Below are positions 54,528 to 64,000 of a DNA stretch of 64,000 nt, in pieces. The notes under the pieces were generated by a model that saw only the letters and a program-made list of their open reading frames with translations, ran no database searches and was not told the origin of the DNA. Each line of letters begins with the position of its first letter. Position 1 is the first letter of the stretch. Both the position numbers and the translations under genes were made by a program. The stretch lies in the NCBI RefSeq assembly GCF_902459465.1, contig NC_047083.1:806001-870000 (forward strand). The letters run 5' to 3'. Origin of the DNA: Asterias rubens (Eukaryota).

Positions 54528-57512
54528 TTATAGACTTTTAAGTTTATCAGACGGTAACGAATTATCTAGTTTCTCCGTCTGTCCCAGTTCCTTGACGACC
54601 GACACAGCGATTAGAAGTTGGGCTAGATAATATGTGGTCATTATAATATACTGAGCATTGGGTACTGGAACCGCAAATAGATTGACAGAAAGCACCGTAT
54701 CAGAAACTAAGAAGAGTGCTGCACCGAAGAAAGCATAAAGTCTGGTCCAAGACATTTTGTTAGAGATGGTGATCCTAGCCATGGCACGCCAGAGCATCGT
54801 TAGAATGAGGACGCCATAGACCATGCCAGGGTAGAACAGCTTCTTAGCACTCACACCGGGTATAAGGTACTGCCACATGACAATGTAGTACGGGAGAAAG
54901 AAAAACATGAAAGTCCACCACATCGGGCGCTCATGGAACGCTACAATGTAGAGGAGATGAGCTACGGCAAAGGAAGCTAACCCGAAGATGAAGTAATCCT
55001 TAGCGTAGACGAGGCAGGCATCACCCACCCCGGAGAATAACAATCCCAGGAGAATCGCTAGAGAGTATCTTGAGAAACCGTAGTGATGGATTTGAATCAA
55101 GACGTAGAGACACAAGAAGACTATCGGGAGACACTTGAGGAAGATTCCAAGAGGGGACGGCTCGTTTTCCTGAGGTATCCAGTGAAGGAGGTAGAGTAGA
55201 GATGACGTCACACAAGGACACAGGAGTAGAAAATCCGACCTTAACTGCAAATAAAAACAAAATCATTTAACAATGCAGCAAAACAATTACAGTTAGTAAT
55301 TTTCATGAAAACATTCAATTAACAAAAAGCTGACAAATTAATTCAGGCCTCAAAATAGCCAATGGCTACAGAAATTGCCGTGGTGCCCTGTGCTTTTGCT
55401 TTGTGTGGTGCCCTTTACAAAGTTCCAAGTTAATATTTTCCTAATGAGGTGCCCCTTACCAGAGGGAAACTGCGGTGCTCCTTGAAGAGCAAAGTTTAAG
55501 GCCAGTGAATTCCTTTAGAATAATGAGCAAAGAGCAGATAAATTGTAGTCAGGACAGAGCCACAGTAATGAATCATGGTCTCAACAAAATCTCAACACGG
55601 AAAAGTTTGAGTGATCTCTGGGACTATTATGAGCTAAACTTATGTTATGAAGTTAAACAAAAAGAAGAAGTACTCACCAACGATTTTCTGATACAGTGGA
55701 CAGACAATGAACCCAATGGTGATGAAAGCAATGAGGTCAGAATACTCAGCGATGTGTGGAGCCTCAAAGTGTTGTGTTTTTAAAAAGCAGATAGTGAATG
55801 ATTTCCCCCCGATGAAGCGTAGCAAAATGCTACACAAAATTTGCAGGCCTCGAAATAACTCACATCACCTAAAGCTATTGCCTTGGTGCCCTGTGCTGTT
55901 GCTGTGGTGCCAGGCCTGATATTTCACGGATGAAATAGTGGCGATTGCCCCATGTCAATGACTTGGTGCCCTCGAAATGCTCCAACAGAAATTTACAATT
56001 TCCTCATAGTCATCTTAGGGTTCCCTTTACCAAGGAGAATATGACTTGGTGCCCTTGCCCTTTAAAAAACGAAGCATAATGCCTGTGGTGCCCTTTGCAA
56101 AGTTCCAATACATGACAGTTTTCAAGAGGTGCCAGTTACCAGAGCAAAATAGCTGTGCCCCTTCAGTGCAAAATTCAAGGCCTTGTTGTAGCGTCATAGC
56201 AAGGCCTTTAGAGAGGTATAACTGCATGACTTACGCTTGCGGGTTTGTAAAGTAGCCCAATGTGAGCCACTTCACAAACACTGAGAAGCATAATTATTCA
56301 TATCCCAAAGGGAATTTAGATTTATTGAGGGATATTTGATCTTATTTTTTTCCTTAAAAAATTATTCCCCTCAAGAAATTGGTGGTAAACTAGACCCAAT
56401 AACTGGGGGCTGTGCTCCTTTTTTTCGAAATTTGTAATTATCGGTCGTAAGACCGATAATTTACAAAGAAGGTAAAACGTTCTTTATTAGTGAGTAGCGT
56501 TGTCAAGACCCAAAAAGGCTTCTGACCCAAAACCAATGCCCTCACAATGGCTTTAGTTTCATTCATGATTTCAATAGTTCAAATCAAAAAGAAAGTGCTT
56601 GTTCCTCTTTCGGAATATATGTATTTTCGGCACTCTCTGGACGGACGGACGAGGACGAGGCAAGGATAAAAACTTTGCCTTGTCATCTGGTCATGGAGGA
56701 AGGGAACATGGATAAACCATGGAGGTAGAATCTCTACCTCCGTTGATAAACATACACTTAATTATAAAGTGGAAGTCGAATACTGCAATTTGTTTTAATC
56801 TGAAACAATTATCGTGCAAACACAGTTTTATCAAATGCCAGTTGCCAATTCAGTGTGTGGACCATACTTAGTACAAAAACAAGCAAAGTACATAATCATT
56901 AATAATAATAATAATAATAATACCATTAATTTATAAAGCGCCTTTTCCAAAGGTTACAAAGCGCTCAGAGAATGACAGGAAAAAAACAAAAAAGGAATGC
57001 AAACAAAAACCAAGAGGAAAACCACGACTAGGCAAAGCTAGCAGCATTTAGCCAAGAAAGACCCGCGCAAAGCCTGTCTCTTTATAGACTAGAACAGCAG
57101 GCCAAGCAAAGCAAAATTTACTGATTGAAAATGAATGTTTTCAGAGACCTTTTGAACATGGTAACAGAGCTAGAACTTTTGGTTGAGTTTGGAAGGGAAT
57201 TCCACATCCTAGGGCCTGCAACTGAAAATGCTCTGACTAACACTACAAACACTAATCATGGGACGAACCTTCCTCCATGCACTATCTGACTATAAAACAT
57301 CACAACACAAAACACGCCAGCTCAGCAGTAAACAACAGAAACACAGTTCGTGCTTCGGCTCCCGTGTTTCTTGTCAATCCGAGTTATACAAAATTTACAA
57401 ACAACAATTTTCTTCAAAGTTACGGACCACAAGAGGCTCAAAATCATGCCGAAAATGTTAATTTTTAACAATAATATTGCACAATAATACTTACCAATCC
57501 TGTTATGCCCAT
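54528..57512 (-). CDS. TMEM86: TMEM86/YhhN-family lysoplasmalogenase, paralog B; complement(join(54528..55244,57495..57512)), 244 aa
   Basis: Same YhhN motifs (FLKCLPI, GVGDACL, FAVAHLLY, MLWRA, FLVSDTVLSVN, MTTYYLAQ). Acceptor TTTTTATTTGCAG|TTA at 55244. Leader exon CCAAC-ATG GGC ATA ACA GGA TTG|GTAAGT (MGITGL, phase 0), comparable to the short first exon of vertebrate TMEM86A. Confidence 0.85.
56718..56744. mobile_element. 27-bp micro-TIR element with 7-bp TSD
   Basis: GATAAAC|CATGGAGGTAGA-ATC-TCTACCTCCGTT|GATAAAC. Confidence 0.65.
56897..57240 (-). mobile_element. L2-clade LINE 3' remnant
   Basis: Minus strand VRAFSVAGPRMWNSLPNSTKSSSSVTMFKRSLKTFIF, followed by a tail ending in (ATT)n. 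Confidence 0.75.
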
Positions 57513-58621
57513 GTTGGTATAATTCTGTTGGTTCAGCGGGTTGAAATATCTTGTCAAACTAAGGGTTTAAATGTATACAAATTCAATCGGCGTTGCTCTT
57601 TTCGTTTTCTTTTTACTATAGTATAATGCACGTGATTGCGCAGACGTTTTTGTGTGTGTGTGTTTACATACGACATACAACTGTGTGTGCCGCGCGCAGA
57701 AGCACTCATACATCATACAAAATGCACGTGACTTTGTTGATATCACTAATTATTCTGACATCATTATATCCGTCGAATTTCATTGGATCTTTTCTAGCTA
57801 ATCATTAGCATAAAACCTACGTAATTTTGTAGAGTTGGTTATCCTTTTTTGGGTTGCTTCGCCTATTTTACCATTATGGTATGGTATGGTATGGTATGGT
57901 ATGACTTTTGGAGGAATATTTCTTTTAGCATTCCATTTTATTTTGTTGATCACTAAACATTCGCAACAAGAACATCAGCAACAGCAACATCAGCTAGCAA
58001 TGAAAGCATGCAGTGTGCGACTGGAAAAAAATAGAGGAAGATAATGAATGATGTGAATTATTATTGATATTATGTATATTTTGCATAATGCAAAAATAAG
58101 TAAAAAAATAAACAAAATAAATCATTGGTTGACCATGGAGGTAGGGAGGGGAGGAAGATTTACACACCATTTTGAGAAGGGGAGTAGATTATTTCAAGAT
58201 CATGTCATGGGTGACTTTTTCATAGTTTTAGTTTACACCATCCCATGCATTGCCATGTTTGTTAGTTTTTTGGTTGATGGATTTAAACAAAATTATTACT
58301 TTTTAATAAACCAATCAATGCAGGGAATTTCTCGTGGGTGACAATTCATGTCAATTTTATCCTCAGTAAAACATCCTATTCTCAGACCAGACTTACGATG
58401 AGGAACCGTGCAAAATAGTGTTTAGGAAAGTGGAGTTTTTTAAAACATGACTGATTTTATTCCTCTATGGGTTACACAAGAAAATAACTAAGTAACAACA
58501 AACACTTGAGGGCTCACTCTGCATTTTGCGCTCAGAAGTTCAACGCTGGTTCCCTGTCGTATGCGGTAACAAATCATGCATTTGCCTGTGGCAGGTGAAC
58601 CAATGAATTGTTAATGAACGG

Positions 58622-58659
58622 CCTTTTGCATTGGAAGGCGATCGCCGTACCGAACCGAA
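58622..58659 (+). promoter_or_regulatory. Candidate RPS10 5'TOP/TCT start and non-coding exon 1
   Basis: Pyrimidine tract CCTTTT at 58622 followed by a short GC-richer leader and donor-like GAA|GTGAGA at 58660; the coding exon has an acceptor TTTTAG|A one base before the ATG. Confidence 0.5.
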
Positions 58660-59777
58660 GTGAGAAAGCTATACATTTAATCTTCTAAAATCAAAACGAT
58701 CCAATATTTTTAAACATCCTAGTTTTCTGTTATCTAAAGTTTATTGATCACTTAATACATATATTTAAGTATTTAGTTATTTTATCATCTGGAAATATAT
58801 GAAAACAATAAAATACCACATCGTTGGGATCGGCGTAAATTAAACATTTCCCTATTCAATGTTGTGTACAATAATGTCGTTCTGTTCCATCATGATCATG
58901 TCCATGGCGGAATTATCGCGAACTAAACTGAAGCTGTTTAACTATTTATAATATAGCGAAGAACAAATATGACACATTTTGATATATTGCTTGTAATGTA
59001 TGTAATTCAACTAATAAATCAACTCAAAACCTTACAAAATTTCACTTTGCAGTGTTGCACCTCCAAGTTGCTGTCAATAAAATAAGTCAATTGACAATTA
59101 ATACAAAAATACATTTATTTGTAACATATCCGTCAGGGTTAGGCATTGTTAACTCCTTATCTTTTTCTTCTTACTGCAAAAATGTTCGGTGTTGTTATGC
59201 AAAAAAATATAACATTTAAAAGGTGTTCGACATGTTCATCACCACACAAAAAAATAGTGTGCCTGATGTAGGGTTTAGTAGTGTGAAGTGTAATGAATTA
59301 AATTGGGAGTAGGCCCTTTGAAAAACAAACAAATGGCCTTGCCTTCATCTTTAAAAAGATGAAATTCCAGGCCTTGTAAAAATGTAGACACAGGAACTGT
59401 GTTTAGTAAAATCGTATGTATGCCTAAAATGATGTATCTTTATATTTACTGAGAAATGGATAATAAATTCTGTGACTGACACAACATTTATTTTATTAAA
59501 AAAAAATTCAGATGACAGAAGAAAGAGTAAGAAACAAAACTACTTGTTGTAAGTTGTGTACCTACTAAATGGTCGTGCATGCAAGAACCCAGAACATTTG
59601 TAATCGAAGAGTATTAACCCTGGGTTTAACTTTTTTGTTCAAAACTCCTTGTTACAGGTTTTCTCGTTGGGCTTGCCAGCTACAAATACAATGATTAATA
59701 AGTTCACTTACATTTACAATGCATCCTTTGTTTCATTACCAGACATTTAATAATGGTATTTATTTTTCTATTTTAGA

Positions 59778-62700
59778 ATGTTGATGCCCAAGAAGAGCCG
59801 CATCGCTATCTATGAAAACCTCTTCAAGGAGGGGGTTATGGTAGCCAAGAAGGATTGGAATCTACCAAAACACCCAGACTTGGAAGTCAGCAACCTCTTC
59901 GTTATCAATGCCTTGAAAGTAAGTATATCGTTGTCATCGGTTGCTTGGGGCCATTCCGCCCATTTTTTTGACAATTTTCATTTAACAAAACGTTAACACA
60001 ATGGTGCATGTGGTCGTAAACATTCCGTCTGCATTACAGCATTTTGACAATTTACACATCAATTGCTCATGCTCTTTCTCTGGTAAGTTTCAACGCACAC
60101 AGCCAGTAGGAATTAAGTTCAAGGTTTGACAGTGACTTCAATTCATCAATTAATTTATCCCCTTTTTTCTTCAGTCGCTGAGGTCCCGCGGCTACGTGAA
60201 GGAGCAGTTCGCCTGGCGTCACTATTACTGGTACTTGACCAATGAAGGTATCCAGTACCTGAGAGATTATCTTCATCTCCCCCCAGAGATTGTTCCCTCC
60301 ACCCTCAAGAGACAGGCCCGCCCTGAGACTGCAAGACCAAGACCCAAAGGTTAGATGCTTTCTTATTGTGATGCTTCTTTGTTTCTTTGTCTGTTGTCCA
60401 GACCAGGGGTGGATTTCACAAATAAGTAAAATAATAAATAATAACAATTCTTATATAGCGCATTTCACAATAACCGTATCAAGGCGCTTTAAATTAGTGC
60501 CCTGCAGCCGATTTCACGAAACGCTAGGATCAATCCTAACTCTAGTTAGAACGAGTAACCCGTCCTAACTTAGGATGAGTTCAATGCGTCCTACGTATTT
60601 GGATACGGAACTGAACCCGTCCTAAGTCCTAAGATTAATCCTAAGTTAGGAAGAGTTTTGTAAAATCGACGGCTGGTCATAGGGCAAATAACATCCCTTT
60701 TTTAATGTTTCTCAGCTCCCTTGGGATTAGACAACCTGGGCAACAGTTTATATCGCTCCAAAGGCTTTTTCATTCACAATATCAAACTCTACCCTCGCAG
60801 GTACCCATTTATACCCCTGGGTGAAGAGAAGCAATTATAGTAAAATATCTTGCTCAAGGACACAAGTGTCACGACCGGGATTCGAACCCACACTCTGGTG
60901 ACTTAGCACCAGAACTTGAATGTGATGCTCTTAACCACTCGGCCATGAGTGAGTGAGTTTACTCCTCCTAACTTTAGGACTAGTCTTAATCGACCCCTGG
61001 GTTTCTGTAGATCCTTCAAACAATTTTTTTTCAAGATCCCTAAACTATCTTTATTTAAGAAGCACTGAGTTATTTGATGTAGTCTTAAAAGAAATGGATG
61101 AAGCATGTTAATGTGATGAGTGTGGTTCGCTGTTTCTCCTGATTTAATTACTTATACTTTGTCTAAACTTAAATAATTAAATAATAATACCTCACTGTGT
61201 ATAGTGTCTTTACAACAACTAATTCATAACTAAATAATTTTAAAATGTTGATTTTGTGTTTGATATAAATGTGTTCTTCCCAGCATACAAATTAGGTCTT
61301 TTAGTTATGGTTCAAATGAAAAAAAGCTGACATTTTGATTGTGGTCTTGCGAAAAAAATTCTGTTCCAGTTATATCATAATTCTTACAACTTCTCTCAAA
61401 GTGTTTTCAAGTGTACCTGGAAGTAAATGTTTCATTAAGTTGCTGATCCTTCAAATCTCATTTAGCTTTCTGATGTGTTTTTCTCTACAGCCATGGAGCA
61501 AAGAGGACCACAGACCGGTGGTGATGCTCAGCGTGATACCTACAGACGAGGACCACGTAAGTTTCATTCCAAGATTCTTATCTTACCCGCCCCCCCCCCC
61601 CCCCCCCCACACACCCCTCTTACACTCTACCAAATTGTTGTTCAGCCTTGGCCCAAAGTAATGACTGCTTATATTCGTGTATTCTTATATGCATATTTTA
61701 TTAAACCAATTCGCAGCTGGAGCTGGACACTGAATTACACGGTACAGGCAAAACTGTGCTTAAAGCCTGGTTCATACTTCCTGCGAATGCAAAAGTAAAG
61801 CATATGTTGACGTCACAAATTCGCAACGAATAATTCGCAGCAGTTGAACTCTGCTCAATTCACTTGTGAATATCGCTGCAAAAGGAGAGTTCACTTCAAA
61901 TTCACTTTGTAATTGCATTTGCAGGTAGTATGAACCAGGCTTTACTGGGCTTCAGCCCACCATTTTGCACTTATAGCGAGGGTAAACCTTTGTAAATTAC
62001 TCAAAAATTATTTACCATGAAAACTTACTTGGTAAGAAGTTCTGTAGATGACTGTTGATAATATATAACATTTTGAGAAAGAAATCCCTTCAAAAGATTG
62101 TAGTTTTAGAGAGATGGATTCAAAAACATGTAATACTTTGAGAAAGTATCTTCTAGGGCCAAAATTTGAGACCATTGAAAAAAAAATTCAAAGATTGTGC
62201 TACACTTAAAATATTTCTAAAATTCCTAACGATTTTTTGTTCGAATATCAGCTGGAGCAGGTGGCCCAGACAAGAAGGGAGATGTTGGTGCTGGAACAAC
62301 ACAGAGCTTTGAGTTTGTAAGTATCGCCAATTAGGCCTCAAATAAACCACCGGAACCCATCGCAATAGGAGACTTTCCAACGCTAGGTGGCAGCAGACAT
62401 ACCGGGTAAATTTCCATTGTTTACGTAGTTCTGAACATGCGCATAATTCTGAGAACAATGGATTTACCCGGTAAGTCTGCTGCCCTCTATCGTCCCAGAA
62501 AGTCTCCCATTGTCATTGTGCCCTTTGCTTTTGCCATGATGCCCCTTGCGAAAATCCAAAATTATATTTTTCTCATACAAGTGCCCCTTTCCAGAGGGAA
62601 ACTGCTGTGGCTCTTCAAGAATGAAGTTCAAGGCCCGGTCTGTCATATTCCTTGTCTATCATTAATGGTTATTAGTAATGTCAAGGAAAAGGAGCCAGGC

Positions 62701-63083
62701 TTTGTGCTTCGTTACTTCCAGGTTTAGTTTACTTGACTGTATGGAGAAAAGTTACACATAGGCTGGAAGACATCACAAATTTTTTCATAAATATGATTTT
62801 GTTTTTACCCATACACTGATCTGATTCAGTACTGTATACTCCAATTTAGTTCAGTGCACAAAAAATCCACAGACAAATCACTCTGGTGGGATTCGAACCC
62901 ATGACCTTTGAATTGCTAGAGCGGATGTCTTATGACTAGACCACCAACCTAGCCCGGTGGCTTTGAGGCATTTTTAATCATATCCGTCTGCAGCTGGTAC
63001 AGCAATGAATTAATTCTGACTTTTCTTTCTTAAATCTTTTTCAGAGAGGAGGGTTCGGGCGAGGTCAATCACAGCAACAATAG
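59778..63083 (+). CDS. RPS10: 40S ribosomal protein S10 (eS10); join(59778..59918,60175..60349,61491..61556,62252..62316,63045..63083), 161 aa
   Basis: [26 protein letters not shown]...[46 protein letters not shown]...DKKGDVGAG...FRGGFGRG; canonical splice sites with compatible phases. Confidence 0.97.
60505..60675. mobile_element. Harbinger-like MITE related to the 16054/18444 family
   Basis: CAGCCGATTTCACGAAA ... TTTTGTAAAATCGACGGCTG with CCTAAC/GTTAGG sub-repeats; related degenerate copy at about 47710-47850. Confidence 0.65.
60720..60948 (-). mobile_element. tRNA-headed SINE, second family
   Basis: Minus strand TGGCCGAGTGGTTAAG (A box) ... GGTTCGAATCCC (B box) ... GTGTCCTTGAGCAAG ... 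CACCCAGGGGTATAAATGGGTACC; no intact cloverleaf. Confidence 0.75.
61761..61944. mobile_element. TA-flanked MITE (AAGCCTGGTTCATAC family)
   Basis: TAAAGCCTGGTTCATACTTCCTGCGAATGC ... GCATTTGCAGGTAGTATGAACCAGGCTTTA. Confidence 0.8.
62363..62512. mobile_element. 150-bp palindromic TIR element, no TSD seen, copy 2
   Basis: Identical by eye to 19150-19299; lies in RPS10 intron 4. Confidence 0.85.
62803..62975 (-). mobile_element. tRNA-derived SINE
   Basis: Minus strand GGTGGTCTAGT...GGGTTCGAATCCCACC head plus the same body as 51955-52140; acceptor stem does not pair. Confidence 0.65.
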
Positions 63084-64000
63084 AAAACCAACGAGCATCA
63101 AATGTCGTAAGAATGATCTCCATCTGGCATCCGCCATCTTTGTTTTCATACACACCTCGCAATGAGACTTTAAAATGAGGCGCCGTTAACTGAAGTAGAC
63201 TGGTGCCTGCTGTTGAAGGGTACACACTCCATAATGGTTCTTCGTGGAGCTACACACAAGATGGCAGCAGCTTTCGTGCGTACCAAACAACAGAAATGGG
63301 ATTTTAAATATGTGAAGTTATAACAAATAAATAAAAAGGGTATTCATTTACCTAGAAGTGGAAAAAAGAAATTGTGTGAATGTAGTTTTTTGTTCTGGTT
63401 CAGAGTTGAGAAATCCTTTTTAATTCAAAAGAAATGTCCACGTTTTTTCAACCCGAGAGTTGTAAGTGGAGGAGGAATGTGAAAATAAACACGAGCTAAC
63501 TCCTGGTTGAACGTCATGCAACAATCCCACCCCTTCAATGTTCCCTTCTAAATGTAACAATTCCACCCGTTACATCACTACTCCAAACCCCCAAATAAAA
63601 AACAAGACTATAAAATGGCCTTTGGTTGATGGGATCGGGTTCTAACCCCTCCCTCCTGATACACCAATAGTCTTTGAAAACTTTGTTTTAGAAAACTAAC
63701 TTGCATGGTGTCTTCACTTTGTCTTGAGAGAATCTCAGAATTCATTGGAGGATTTTAAGGAGAGGGTGCTTCAGTAACGGGTGAAAATAGTGTGTTGAAG
63801 TACGGACATTTGTTGGGGGGGGGGGCAACCTCTGCCACACGTTTGGTATACACTCGTCTCGTCATAAATTAGAAAAGTTATACATTATGGCATCATAAAT
63901 TCAAGACTCGTGATAATAGCAGCTGTACAAATTTTGAGGGGGGGGGGGGGAAGTTAAGCACCTGTCAGCCACATGTGCGCCATGGTACACACTTGTCATT

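Noticed and set aside
55475-55783. 102-aa ORF in the TMEM86-B intron
   Set aside because: It lies between GTGCCC-rich repeat segments, has a non-ATG start and no recognisable domain.
58134-58150. CATGGAGGTAG, left end of the micro-TIR family
   Set aside because: No matching right end or 7-bp duplication nearby.
59925-60045. H/ACA snoRNA-like two-hairpin arrangement in the RPS10 intron after the first coding exon
   Set aside because: Hairpins are short, the hinge is long and no pseudouridylation pockets are evident.
62870-62950. tRNA gene
   Set aside because: A and B boxes are present on the minus strand but the acceptor stem does not form, and several diverged copies with a shared tail indicate a SINE.

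Overview
AT-rich, intron-containing animal genomic DNA from an invertebrate deuterostome; the repeat style suggests an echinoderm, possibly a sea star (inference, not provable from this window). I reconstructed six protein-coding loci by hand from GT-AG splice sites and reading-frame continuity: (1) a GT10 alpha-1,3-fucosyltransferase, + strand, 6751-8853, 2 coding exons, about 522 aa; (2) TTC17, + strand, 11069-26834, 22 coding exons, 1138 aa; (3) NDR kinase STK38/STK38L, + strand, 33601-42280, 10 coding exons, 472 aa; (4, 5) two tandem TMEM86/YhhN lysoplasmalogenase paralogs on the - strand (bodies 51130-51876 and 54528-55244; one convincing 6-codon leader exon at 57495-57512); (6) RPS10, + strand, 59778-63083, 5 coding exons, 161 aa, with a candidate 5'TOP leader exon. 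Almost all other ORFs in the supplied track are exon fragments or spurious. Introns and intergenic DNA are dense with non-autonomous DNA transposons (TTAA-flanked Kolobok/T2-like MITEs, CAG-flanked Harbinger-like MITEs, TSD-less palindromic elements, 27-30 bp micro-elements with 7-bp TSDs), L2/CR1-type LINE 3' remnants, tRNA-derived SINEs and several minisatellites. Most interesting: a minimal type I hammerhead-ribozyme-like motif in TTC17 intron 3, an 828-bp TTAA-flanked element carrying a decayed THAP domain, possible sharing of one leader exon by the two TMEM86 copies, ultra-short TIR elements with exact 7-bp TSDs, two identical 150-bp elements bearing CTCF-like motifs, and a TTC17 stop codon lying inside the first unit of a 47-bp tandem repeat.
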